Program-made: the position numbers and the translations under genes
Notes under the pieces: generated by a model
Databases searched by the model: none
Seen by the model: only the letters and a program-made list of their open reading frames with translations
Told to the model about the DNA's origin: nothing
Assembly: GCA_964019335.1 (NCBI GenBank)
Contig: OZ025715.1
Span: 186,001-250,000 of the forward strand
From: Diplonema japonicum
Taxonomy: Eukaryota; Protista; Euglenozoa: Diplonemea
Length of the DNA: 64,000 nt
Reading direction: 5' to 3'
Part shown: in pieces, positions 9,845 to 20,956 of the stretch
Numbering within the stretch: the stretch's first letter is position 1
How the letters are laid out: every line of letters begins with the position of its first letter

Positions 9845-11615
9845 CCCATAACACTCCGGGGCCTATCTACATAGGGGTCCCTTTTTTGCTCCTTTTCATA
9901 ATTTGAGGGGGAAAATGGCAGCATTTAACCCCCGTTTGCAGGTAAAACGGGTTTTTTGGACCAGGAAAATTAAAAAAAAAGTTCAAAAATTAATAAAAAT
10001 ACAAAGGGGATGAAGAGTTGAATGGCCGTAGGGTGCTCAAAAACGACCATGTCAAAATGGGTTGTGCACGGGGGGGTGTAAATTGAGCATCTTGGGACAA
10101 AAAAGGCAGCATCAGGACCCCTCAGATGTCTCAGACCGAGAGAAGTGCCTATTTGCGGGTGGAATATCGGCCTCGAAATCGTCAAGAGGCCTTTTTGGGG
10201 TGATGGAAGAGTGGTACGAAAAAAGCACTTATTTGGACAGAGGTGTTGGTTACAGGTGTAGCATTTGTAGATTGTGCGTTTTGTGCATCCTTTCAACCTG
10301 CAGAACCTAGAGGTGCCCCCTTTGAGTGGCTAGCGGTCCACGTTTGGTGTAATCTGGGGTATCGGGGGTGTGTGCACCACTAGTTGGGTGCCGGGAGTGA
10401 TGTTTTTGCAACGCTGGACCCATCAATCAGGCTCTCTCGAAAGCGCTCTTTAAAAGCAGCCAGGGTTGTGTATCTCTTTGGCATCCCTGAACCATATTTT
10501 ATTTGAAGTGCATGGCAGTTAACTATTGTCACTTCTAGGGCCCACCAGAAGAGTCCGCACGAAATGCAAGCCCCTCACAGTTTTTTCACAGGGCTTCGGC
10601 CAGACCCACAGTCGAAAAGTAGCTATCGCAAACTACCGTGTTGTCATTTCCCCGGAAAGGCTCCGTTAGCCCCAGCACCGCCTTTTCCACAACACTGAAA
10701 TTTTCAAGTGCGTGCCCCTCGATTTTGGTGGCGTGGATGTGAAAACGCAAAAGATAACCCGTGCTCGTGCAGTTTAGGCAGTAGATTTTTATGCCATATC
10801 TTTTACGCTTGAGAGGACAGTAGACCCGCAGCCCCCCAATTGCCCCGTGAAGGTACGAGTGTCTCGTCAATGCTTAAATATTTTCCTGGCACTGCTGCTT
10901 TTGCCCACTTGTCACCAATTCTGCCCAGAAACCCTCGTATCTTCACAACACATCACCGTTTGACTCTTCTGTGTGAGTGAAGTGGAGACTACTTTTGATT
11001 TCCTGGTAGCGTCTCCTGGGCATCGTGTTACTGAAAAGGGGGATTTTCATGGTCCTGTGGACCAATACGACTGCTGATTCTGGGCACGCCGTAAACCCAT
11101 CGCAATGCTCAATCCGAGTAAGCGGTGGAGTCTTGAGTCGAAATTTTATCAATCTCAGCGTCCTTTTGCTTGTTTGTCTCTTCTTGGATGATGTCTGTGA
11201 GCTTCCTATAAAAAAACCGAAGGAATAACCATTTTGCGTCGTCAGGTTTCTGCGTACCACGGGACAGCTTTTTTTCTCCCCACTGGCCTATTTTATGGTC
11301 TCTATGGGTACCAACTCCCTTACCCATGAAGGTTGGACCTCGTCCGTAGCTGTTTTGGCTTTACCTTTGCGTTTTTTGGGAACAATTTGGACACAGTATG
11401 CACACCCGTTATTTTGCGTTTTTAGCCTATCTACTCGGATTTGGGACCCACTTGGTGGGTGGATAACAAGGTTAAGTGACGCAGCGCAGCATGAAATGCA
11501 GTTGAAAATAACTCCTCATTATAGTCGTTCTTGGAGATCCAGGGGTCGAGTGGCCGAAAAAGTACTTAGAGAAAAAAACGATTTTTCAAATATTTGCGCC
11601 TTGGAGTGTTATGGG
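9845..11615 (-). mobile_element. Degenerate piggyBac DNA transposon
   Basis: TTAA target duplication at 9841-9844 and 11616-11619. Perfect 13-bp terminal inverted repeats (TIRs) CCCATAACACTCC (9845-9857) and GGAGTGTTATGGG (11603-11615). Minus-strand transposase fragments: MPRRRYQEIKSSLHF, YCPLKRKRYGIKIYCL, VCDSYFSTVGLAEAL, LFWWALEVTIVNCH and the Cys-rich tail KRTIYKCYTCNQHLCPNKCF. Confidence 0.92.
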
Positions 11616-12045
11616 TTAATATAAAAAACTTTTATATAAAACACATCTGACAACAAGAGTAATAATATGTTTATTTTTATATTTGCACACGTAAATGATA
11701 GAATGTATGCAAGTAAAGTCGTTTACTTTATCTGATGATTGAAGGAGGGGGGGGGGGGGAAGAGAAAAAAAAGAGTGGGGCTTTTCCTAGGTGTAGTTTC
11801 TTTTCCCCTCCCCTTGTTCATCGGAGAAAGATTTAAAAAACAACCCCCCCCCAAAAAATGAATGAAAGAAACAGGAAAACTAAAAGTTCTCAGTAATATT
11901 CTCCAATAGCATGGTAGAATCTTTTTTTTTTCTTTTCTTTTCTTTTTTTTTTTTTTCCCCTTTCTATTGTTACAAATATTTATCTTTTCAAAAAAAAAAA
12001 AAAAAAAAAAAGAATGATTTTATTACTATATGCAAACTTGTTCCG

Positions 12046-12084
<39 letters not shown>

Positions 12085-12607
12085 TTTTTGCTCGTGCGAA
12101 CAACAAAAGCATATAGTCATAAATAATTATTTTATTCTTCCTTTTCTCGTGCGATAATATACTAAAACCTATGTAGAGGACAGGATATAGGTACACAGGT
12201 GGGATTTAAAAAAAAAAAAAGAAAAAGGGACATGATTTTTATCACTCTGTTGCTGTCCCCCCCCTTTTTTTTTCTCTTTCCCCCCCCTGTATCTAGCCGC
12301 GGTCCTCCTTCTTCTTTTTTTTTTCTTTTTTCCTTTCACCCTCGCCTTTGTGTATGCTATCTGTTACGTTTCCTCTTTGTCATCCTTTCCCTCAGTTATT
12401 CACCGCTCTCTTTCCCCCCTCCTTCCCCCCCCCCCCCCCCTGTAGAAGATAGCGAGAAGTATATTCCGAGAAATCTGCGAGGCAGTACTGCGGGAAAGAG
12501 CTAATCTTACACTGTTTTGAAGGCTGTTCTTCAATCTCTCCTTCCCCCCCCCCTTTTTTTTCTTCTCTCTTCTTTCGTTCTCTTCCTTTTGTTGAACAGA
12601 GACAGTT

Positions 12608-12670
<63 letters not shown>

Positions 12671-12849
12671 AACACCATCTCACATAAAGAGGTTTGGCCA
12701 TTTTTTTATTAGTTTTTTACAACCTCTTTTTTTTAGTTTTTTTTTTTTTCTTCTTCTTCTTCCCCTTTTTTTTTTGTGGTTTGTGTATTTGTGTGTATTT
12801 TGTTCAGAACGCAGCCCACAAGCCAAGAAAAAAAAAAAAAAAAAAAAAA

Positions 12850-13964
12850 ATGCTCGGGGGTGGCAGGGGCTTGCGATATGACAAGAAATCGAACGACAAA
12901 AGCAGCTACACGGAGCTCACAAGGCTATACCCCTTGAGCACCTTGAAGTTTAGAGCGCGACTGGACACAAGCGACGGCATCGACGTCCACAGGGAGTTCT
13001 CCGGTGCCTACATGCCCCGCTTCCGATCCCTCTACATCAATGAGATCAAGGACACCCAAAAGCTAGGCATGAAGGGTGTTTCCCTGGTGCCGTTTGTACA
13101 GGAAGATGTTCATTTAAAATCGGACGGGGATTACTTCTACACCGATGACTTTGAAATTGGGATGAAGCTCAGCCTCGGGCCTGGAAAGGCACCGAAGGAT
13201 TTGCAAGCGAGAAAAACATTTGTCATCACAGATGTGGACAAAACAGAACTGAAATACACCACCACCACGTCAAAACAACCGGCTAAGAACAAAGAAGGTC
13301 CGATGGAAATCGTTCTTGAAAAGCTCCGGGCTGCGATCCGCAAGAGAAACAACGGAAAGATCTCGTTGAAAGCTATCGGCAGACATTTTAAGAACGTCGA
13401 CAGGAACGGAGACCGAACCCTTGACAGGGATGAGTTCGACCGTGTTCTCGACCATTGCGGTCTGTCAGCAGATCTTTCTGAGACAGATATCAACACCCTT
13501 ATAACTGTTTTCGACAAGGACAAAAACGGTTTGATCTCCTTCAACGAATTCCTCGAAGGTGTCCGGGGGCCAATGTCCGAACACCGTTCCATGTGTGTGG
13601 CGGCAGCCTTTAAGAAGATTGACTACAACCAGGATGGGATCCTGACGCTGGAGGACGTGAGGCAGTTTTACTGTCCAAAGTACCATCCAAAGGTGCTCAG
13701 CGGGGAGGCGTCGCCAGACGAGATCCTTGCGAAATTCCTGGACAGGTTCGACACCAAGGTAAAAGACGGTGTTGTGAGCTATCCGGAGTTCTCTGACTAT
13801 TACTCTGGTGTGTGGCGTGGGGAAAAGATGGAAAAAAAAAAAAAAAAAAAAAAAAAAAAACAGGCGTCAGTGCAAACATCGACGACGACGACCATTTCAT
13901 CTTCATGATGGAGCGGGCGTGGAACTTGGACAACCGGAACGAAACTAATACGCCTTTCAGGTGA
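12850..13964 (+). CDS. DM10-like domain plus four EF-hands, calcyphosin-2-like protein
   Basis: EF loops DRNGDRTLDRDE, DKDKNGLISFNE, DYNQDGILTLED and DTKVKDGVVSYPE. Removing intron 13808-13863 restores the calcyphosin-type tail DYYSGVSANIDDDDHFIFMMERAWNL. The N-terminus (LKFRARL...YFYTDDFEIG...FVITDVD) resembles DM10. Confidence 0.85.
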
Positions 13965-14012
13965 TTTTTTTTTGGCGATCCTGTCACATACTGCAGGTTC
14001 CCTTCAAAGACA

Positions 14013-14051
<39 letters not shown>

Positions 14052-14180
14052 TGGTGTAAATACAATTTCTTTTTTAAATCGTTGTTTTTTCTTACCCCCC
14101 CCCCCCCTCTGTTTTCTTTTTTATGAAGTAAGAAAAAAACAGGAAAACCTTCTTTTATTTAAAAACTTAACAAACAAAAT

Positions 14181-14483
14181 ATGGCTGACCAGCTTACCCA
14201 CGAGCAGATCGCTGAGTTCAAGGAGGCCTTCTCCCTGTTCGACAAGGACGGTGATGGCACCATCACCACCAAGGAGCTGGGTACCGTGATGAGGTCGCTC
14301 GGGCAGAACCCCACCGAGGCTGAGCTTCAGGACATGATCAACGAGGTGGACCAGGACGGGTCTGGGTCCATTGACTTCCCTGAGTTCCTGACCCTGATGT
14401 CGAGGAAGATGCACGACACCGACACCGAGGAGGAGATCAAGGAGGCCTTCAGGGTGTTCGACAAGGACGGAAACGTATGGGAG

Positions 14484-14532
<49 letters not shown>

Positions 14533-14692
14533 ACAGGGTTTCATCTCCGCTGCCGAGCTTCGTCACGTGATGACCAACCTCGGTGAGAAGCTTACCGATG
14601 AGGAGGTTGATGAGATGATCCGTGAGGCTGACGTTGATGGTGACGGTCAGATCAACTACGAGGAGTTCGTCAAGATGATGATGTCCAAGTAG
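14181..14692 (+). CDS. CaM: Calmodulin, copy 1 (intron 14475-14536)
   Basis: [26 protein letters not shown]...[10 protein letters not shown]. Removing GTATGG..A(n)..CCACAG restores DKDGNGFISAAE. Confidence 0.98.
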
Positions 14693-15186
14693 ATGTGGGG
14701 CTGGAAAAAAAAAAGGAAAAAAAAAAATCCCAGTTTAGTGTTTCTTTTTTTTTTTTCTTTCTTTTTTCTCTTTAGGAGAAAAAAAAAAACTTTTAATTTA
14801 CTTGCTCCCCCTCCCTTCCCCCGCTTTTTTTTTTCTTTTTTTTCCCCTCTTCCTGTTCCCTGTTTTCTGTTTCTGAACGCATGGGATGAGGAGAGGACAA
14901 AACAAAAACAAAGAAAAAAGCAAAAAAAAAAAAAAAATAAACACCCCCGGTTTTAATTTTTTAAAAAGCAGGAATAATAAAAAAATAAAAATAAGGCAGC
15001 AAAATATTTTTGTTGTTTTCTTTTTTCTTTTTTTTTTCTTTCCCTTTTTTTTTCTTCTTCTTTCTTCTTTCTTCTCCTGTATACCTTTATCCCAACCCAG
15101 TATATCCTTCCTTTCCCCCCCTCCTCTTTTTTTTTCTTCTTTTTCTTTTTATATACTCTTTTTTATTTATTTATTATGATTGAATG

Positions 15187-15368
15187 CCTGTCGATTTCAA
15201 CCGCCCCATCGATTCTCAACTTCGCTTTCAGCATCCAATGCATACTGGAAAAAAGCTTTTTCAAACATTTCAGAGCCACCTTTGTTTTGAAGCAGCCGCT
15301 TCATTCCCGTCCTATAACCCTTTTTTTTTTTTTAGGGTGGTCCTCGAGTGGGATTTGCCCTTAAACAT
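15187..15368. repeat. Degenerate dispersed repeat, family B
   Basis: Shares AGGGTGGTCCTC...GCCCTTAAACAT and CTGTCG...CCCCAT(T)CGA.T.TCA.CTT blocks, in the same order, with 44588-44696. Confidence 0.55.
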
Positions 15369-15444
15369 CGCCTTTTTTTTCTTTTTCTTTTTACAGACTG
15401 TTGAAAAAACTCCTTTTTAAAAAAAAAAAAAAAACAAACAAAAT

Positions 15445-15747
15445 ATGGCTGACCAGCTTACCCACGAGCAGATCGCTGAGTTCAAGGAGGCCTTCTCCCT
15501 GTTCGACAAGGACGGTGATGGCACCATCACCACCAAGGAGCTGGGTACCGTGATGAGGTCGCTTGGGCAGAACCCCACCGAGGCTGAGCTTCAGGACATG
15601 ATCAACGAGGTGGACCAGGACGGGTCTGGGTCCATTGACTTCCCTGAGTTCCTGACCCTGATGTCGAGGAAGATGCACGACACCGACACCGAGGAGGAGA
15701 TCAAGGAGGCCTTCAGGGTGTTCGACAAGGACGGAAACGTATGGGAG

Positions 15748-15802
<55 letters not shown>

Positions 15803-15962
15803 ACAGGGTTTCATCTCCGCTGCCGAGCTTCGTCACGTGATGACCAACCTCGGTGAGAAGCTTACCGATGAGGAGGTTGATGAGATGATCCGTGAGGCTG
15901 ACGTTGATGGTGACGGTCAGATCAACTACGAGGAGTTCGTCAAGATGATGATGTCCAAGTAG
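15445..15962 (+). CDS. CaM: Calmodulin, copy 2 (intron 15739-15806)
   Basis: Protein identical to copy 1, with the same intron position and flanks. Confidence 0.98.
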
Positions 15963-16193
15963 ATGTGGGGCTGGAAAAAAAAAATAGTTTCTGTCTAACC
16001 CTTTTTCTTTTTTTTTTTTTGTAAAACCCTTTTCCCCTCCCTCACCACAATAAAGCTTTTTATTCCCCCCCCCTTCAAAAGAGAAAAATATATATGGGTA
16101 TCTTCTTTGTTTCGTTCCTCTTTCTGAGTGACGAAAAAAAGAAGAGGGAAAAAAAAAAAAGAGGAAAAAAAAAAGGAAACTTGTCATAAAGTG

Positions 16194-16227
<34 letters not shown>

Positions 16228-16775
16228 GATGCCAAATAATTTTTCTTTTATAACTTTTTTATTTATCTCCCTTTCTGATTGCAAGGGTAAATTGGGAGAG
16301 GGGAAACAAAAGGAAAAAGGAGGGGGGGGGGGGGGGGGGGGGAGGAAGAAAAAGAAAGATGTTCAAAAGTTTCAAGAACGGAAAAGGATAAAAAAAAACA
16401 AAAAAAGAAGAGGCCAATATAAATTTATGAGAAACCCTGGAAAGTGGTTAGCAATTTTTAAAAAAGAAAAAAAAAAACCCCAAAAAGAAACTCTTTTTTT
16501 TTATCTTCCTTCATGTGCACGAAGTCTTTTTTTTTATATTTTTTTTTTTAAATTTTTTCCTTCCCCCCTCCTTCCTTTTCCTTTTAACTTACAAGTTGTT
16601 ACTCCTGATTCCCCCTTTGCCATATCGGTTCACCTCCCCCACCCACCTCTTTTTTTTTTATTTTTTATTTTTGCGATTTCTCCTTTATTTTTCCCCAATT
16701 TTTTTTTTTTATAGTTTCTAATCTTTGAAGCCGGGGGGCAAAATAAAGAAAAAGAAAAAAAAGGGGGGGGGGGAA

Positions 16776-18176
16776 ATGTCTGCTAACGAGCGCGACCACT
16801 TGATTCCAATCAAGGTAGATCTGGATGAGGCCCCCCGTTCTATTCTCAGGGAAGCATGGTTGCTGATCCGGCTATTCATCCCCATTTTCATCTCCCGGTG
16901 CGGCTGGGCAGGTATGAAGACGACAGACAGCGCGGTACTAGGCCACGTTGGCACCAAGTACCTGGCAGCCAGTGGTGTAAGCGATCTATGGACAATGACA
17001 AGCGGTATCTTCGTCCAAGACAGGGTTGCCTCTGTGCTTTGTTCCCAAGCTTATGGATCGAAACGGTACAAAATGCTAGGAAGCTGGTGCTGTGTGGGCC
17101 TCACAGTGCTTCTTCTCATATGCCTACCCGTTGCGTTCCTATGGGTCCTCACCAACCCCATTCTCAGGTTTATGGGAGTCAACAGTGAACTGTCCTCCCT
17201 AGCAGGGTACTATGCTACAGTGCTGGCACTCTGTCTGCCCTTTCGATCGATGGTTTCCCTTGCGACGTCGTTTCTTCAATCGCAAAAGATTCTTCAGCCC
17301 GCGGTGCGTGCAGCGTTGGTCGCACTGTTTACAAACTTTATCCTAGCGATGTACTTTGTCCTTTACAAAGGGTATGGTTTCCCTGCGTGCCCGTTCGTGA
17401 CGGTGGGGGCGGAGGCCGTACAAATTTCGATTTTCATTTTTTACTATTTTTGGTACAAGGGGCTGCACAAACGGTGTTGGGCGGGATGGGATCAGGATAC
17501 GGTGACGGCGGAGAGGGTCGCGGAATATCTACGTCTTCAGATTCCTGCTGTCATGCAGATCGGATCTGACTTTTGGAGGATGGCGGTAGTCGGTGCCTAC
17601 GCTGCGGCTGTTTCACAGGAAGACGTCGCTGTGTTCAATGCCTCTTATAGGATTCTCTGGATCGCCTTGACATTTGTAGGATCCTTGGGCGACATAACAT
17701 CTATCAGGATAGGGATGAAGGTTGGAGCGGGCCTCCCAGCCCAGGCACAGCACATCGCGCATACCGCCATTATAACCGCACTTGTTATTTGCACTTTTTC
17801 CGCAGCGATCGTTGTCGTTAACATTGAAGCTCTTGCGTCTATATTTTCGTCTGATCCAGTGGTTTTAACGCTGTTCTATGATATCCGGTGCCCGTTGATG
17901 TTTACGGTTTTCTTCATGACACTGTCTGTTCTCCTCGAGACCATTCCCATGGCGTCGGGGCACACCTCTGTGGTGTTCAAGGCCGGGTTTGTTGCTTCTT
18001 GGTGCGTTCAGGTTCCTCTGGTTTCGCTTTTTTACCACCAGCACCATTCGTTGTACGCAATTTACACCGGTGTGGCGTGCGGGTACGCCGCGCTGTGCTT
18101 CCTGTTCGGTCTTGTGATCCTCCGGCTCGACTGGGAGCAGGATTGCCGAGACGCCATACTGCGATCAAGGCTGTAA
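16776..18176 (+). CDS. MATE (multidrug and toxic compound extrusion) transporter
   Basis: About 12 hydrophobic segments. Motifs TDSAVLGHVGTKYLAA, LCSQAYGSKRY, FLQSQKI, SIRIGMKVGAG and LASIFSSDPVV. Confidence 0.92.
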   Translation: MSANERDHLIPIKVDLDEAPRSILREAWLLIRLFIPIFISRCGWAGMKTTDSAVLGHVGTKYLAASGVSDLWTMTSGIFVQDRVASVLCSQAYGSKRYKMLGSWCCVGLTVLLLICLPVAFLWVLTNPILRFMGVNSELSSLAGYYATVLALCLPFRSMVSLATSFLQSQKILQPAVRAALVALFTNFILAMYFVLYKGYGFPACPFVTVGAEAVQISIFIFYYFWYKGLHKRCWAGWDQDTVTAERVAEYLRLQIPAVMQIGSDFWRMAVVGAYAAAVSQEDVAVFNASYRILWIALTFVGSLGDITSIRIGMKVGAGLPAQAQHIAHTAIITALVICTFSAAIVVVNIEALASIFSSDPVVLTLFYDIRCPLMFTVFFMTLSVLLETIPMASGHTSVVFKAGFVASWCVQVPLVSLFYHQHHSLYAIYTGVACGYAALCFLFGLVILRLDWEQDCRDAILRSRL

Positions 18177-18570
18177 AAACAATAAAAAAAAATAAACTTA
18201 TACAAAAAAATCTTTTTTCTTCTCTTCACCCTTCTGAAATTACTCCACGCACTACGGGGACGGTACTCCCAGTGAAGAGTCCAAGGCCGTATCCCGAGGG
18301 GTCTTTGAGTGACGACAACAATTAATATCATGCCTGCTAATAAATATGCTTCTGAAAGTAAACATAACTAGAACCCTGCATTGCAACCCCATGTAGTACC
18401 TGTGGTGAAGTAATTTGAGAGTGTCATGGCATACAACCACTTACATGCCTCCAAGTAATGTTTTAATGCCCTTTCGGTGATAGCATCGGGAACATAGCTA
18501 TTCTTCATTTACCTATTATTATTTTTTTTTTTTAAATTTTTTCTTATTATTCCCTCAAGGCTATCCTACT

Positions 18571-19272
18571 ATGGACACGGATGGGAGGTTTGTAAGGATA
18601 AAGACGGAGGGCGGTTTGAGCGGTCTCGTGGACTACCCCGCAGTAGACGTGGAGAGTACTAAAGGGTTGCTGGAGTACTTTCAAACAAGCCCCAAAAAAA
18701 GAAGCCCTCTGATCGTGTGTAAGATGTACGAGGCGAAGGGGGAATGCCTAGGAGGCCTCGACTGCAAATTCGGCCACGTGAAAAACCAAATTAGGAGAAT
18801 CGAGGTAGACACGGAAGTAGAACGTGTACCGACAATGGACTGTCATGACAATGTCCTTCTGGTACAGGACGTAGAATGCAGTGCGAACGCCTTCAAACAA
18901 CAGTGGCAGCACCATGACGGGTTTTTATCGACGTCCGTGTTGCAGTCGCAAGATGGTGCTGCAAACGGGGAGAATTACGGGTTGGTGGAATTCTTCAGCC
19001 ACTCCACAGCACTAGATGCATTGCTCACGGTGAACGACCCCAACTTGCATGTATCCTTCTGGGGTGCGAGGGAACTGTTTATCGATGCCGTGACGCAGCT
19101 TCCCCAGGGGAATATCCCGCCCTCCTCTTCTATAGGCCCTCCCGCCCGTTCCATCGCCGCCAACCTCTCTACCCTCGCTTCCGCGGCTTCTCGGGGCCGG
19201 TACGCTCCATACCAGGGCCGTGGTGCCGACCCAAAGCACACGCTCCAAAAGCTTCTTGGGCAGTGTATGTGA
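18571..19272 (+). CDS. CCCH zinc-finger protein with a possible degenerate RRM
   Basis: CKMYEAKGECLGGLDCKFGH; RNP1-like YGLVEFFS followed by ALDAL. Confidence 0.7.
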   Translation: MDTDGRFVRIKTEGGLSGLVDYPAVDVESTKGLLEYFQTSPKKRSPLIVCKMYEAKGECLGGLDCKFGHVKNQIRRIEVDTEVERVPTMDCHDNVLLVQDVECSANAFKQQWQHHDGFLSTSVLQSQDGAANGENYGLVEFFSHSTALDALLTVNDPNLHVSFWGARELFIDAVTQLPQGNIPPSSSIGPPARSIAANLSTLASAASRGRYAPYQGRGADPKHTLQKLLGQCM

Positions 19273-19391
19273 AACTACCCCGGCACAGATTGTTTTATAC
19301 CGCCGGGTTCTCGTAGTGTTTGTTTCTATTCTCTTTTTTTTTTTTTTTTTTCTTTTGCGTACACCTCAAAGTATTGCAGGAACTTGACACA

Positions 19392-20690
19392 ATGGACGGG
19401 TACAGCGAAGTGTACAGGGATCTGACCGGCAAGGCGCTGCTTACATATGGTGCCTTTTCCGAAGGGTTCAAGCGGCATGATGTCATCCTCGACGACGAGA
19501 CGGTGAACGAGCTCTTCACGAAGGCCGACGAGGACTGCAACGGTGTGATCAGCGGGTCGGAGTGGACGGTCTTCTGCGAGGGGTACCCTACGCTCATCGA
19601 CTGTCTGCAGCACAAGGTCCGCGACGCCGCAGCGTTGTCTGAATACACGGCCGCCGAGAAAGACGCGCAGGACAGTGTCGCAAGAGCAATCGATAACGAG
19701 AAGCAAGCGCAAGCACTGCTTCAAGAAGCAACAAGGGCCACCAACGAGGCAGAGAGCAGGTGTGCCTTTCAACTGGAGAATGCGGAACGTGCAAACGCCA
19801 TTCAAAAAGAGTGCGAGGAGGCAATCCAAAAGACAAAGGCGTCCGCTGAAAAAGGAAGGGAAACCATCGTGAGGGTAGCACAAGACATGCATGCGTTCAA
19901 ACACCAATCGGCGCTACACCACCAAGCATCCAGCGAAGCGGAGCGTGCTGTGAAGATCTTAGAGATCCGTGCACAAGAAAAGGTGACGGAACTGGCAGGT
20001 GCCGCATCGCGTCTGAAGGCCATCGAGCAGATGCTCGCCGACCAGCAAGCAGTAGTGGAAAAAGCCATGACAGCAGCGAACAACATCAAAGCAGAGGTCG
20101 AAGTTGCCAGAAGCAAGATCGCCGCTGAGAAGATCCAGTCCGAAGAATGCGAAGAGAAGATCAAAATCAAAGCAGAAGAGCTCGCAAGGTCGGAGGAGGA
20201 CATCATGGGCCTCGACCAAGCCCACTGCCAAACAGCACTTATGCTTCGCGATGCGGAGGTTGCTCTCGACAGGGAACTCCTGAAGACAAAAGAAGAGGAT
20301 TTGAAGCTAAAACGCTGCAAAGAATTTGAAGTCAGCAAAAGCCACGCAGTGACGTCGGCCATCCAAGGAATCGCAGCAGCGGAGGCACATCACAGGCAGG
20401 TCCTTCTCGACAAGGACGCTTACGTAGCACGCAGGGCAACCGAACATATCGAAGAGCTCAACCTCTTACACCAGGAGCTCTCACTACGACGCCAGCGGGA
20501 CTCCTTGGTGCAGAAAGAAGCACTTCTCAGAGCAAATTTCTCAGCGTTCACCAGAGGTGACGGTTCCCACACACCAAGGCGCGTCAGCGCCGCAAGGATG
20601 AGGGTATGGTTATACTGGCTTTTCTTTTTTTTTCTTCTTTTTAACGCAAACTTACAGAATGATTTCTCATCGCCGCCCTGTAGGCCGTAG
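19392..20690 (+). CDS. EF-hand plus long coiled-coil protein
   Basis: EF-like LFTKADEDCNGVISGSEW and an E/A/K-rich coiled coil. Probable in-frame T-rich intron at 20604-20657 (GTATGG..TTACAG). ATG follows a polypyrimidine tract plus TGCAG. Confidence 0.75.
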   Translation: MDGYSEVYRDLTGKALLTYGAFSEGFKRHDVILDDETVNELFTKADEDCNGVISGSEWTVFCEGYPTLIDCLQHKVRDAAALSEYTAAEKDAQDSVARAIDNEKQAQALLQEATRATNEAESRCAFQLENAERANAIQKECEEAIQKTKASAEKGRETIVRVAQDMHAFKHQSALHHQASSEAERAVKILEIRAQEKVTELAGAASRLKAIEQMLADQQAVVEKAMTAANNIKAEVEVARSKIAAEKIQSEECEEKIKIKAEELARSEEDIMGLDQAHCQTALMLRDAEVALDRELLKTKEEDLKLKRCKEFEVSKSHAVTSAIQGIAAAEAHHRQVLLDKDAYVARRATEHIEELNLLHQELSLRRQRDSLVQKEALLRANFSAFTRGDGSHTPRRVSAARMRVWLYWLFFFFLLFNANLQNDFSSPPCRP

Positions 20691-20956
20691 GGGGGGGTCT
20701 TTTTTTACGCCACCCCCCCTCTTCTTCTTCTCCCCCTTCCTTCTCCCCCTCTTTTTGTACTGTTATTTATTATTTCTTCTTCCCCTCCTCCTTTTTGCAA
20801 TCTTTGTAGAGCTTAGACAGCCGTGGATAATTTGTATTTGTACTTCCAATTGTTGATTTTTTTTCTCCATTTTTTTTTTTTTTTTTGTAACCTGTTTTCT
20901 GCAAAGTATATTTATCTATAGTGCAACTCCTTCACAGTGGTAGGATACATGACACG

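Noticed and set aside
14475-14536. Poly(A) inserts as programmed frameshift sites, retro-insertion tails or RNA-editing marks
   Set aside because: Clean GT-AG boundaries restore conserved proteins exactly, so ordinary excision explains them, and no target-site duplications are evident.
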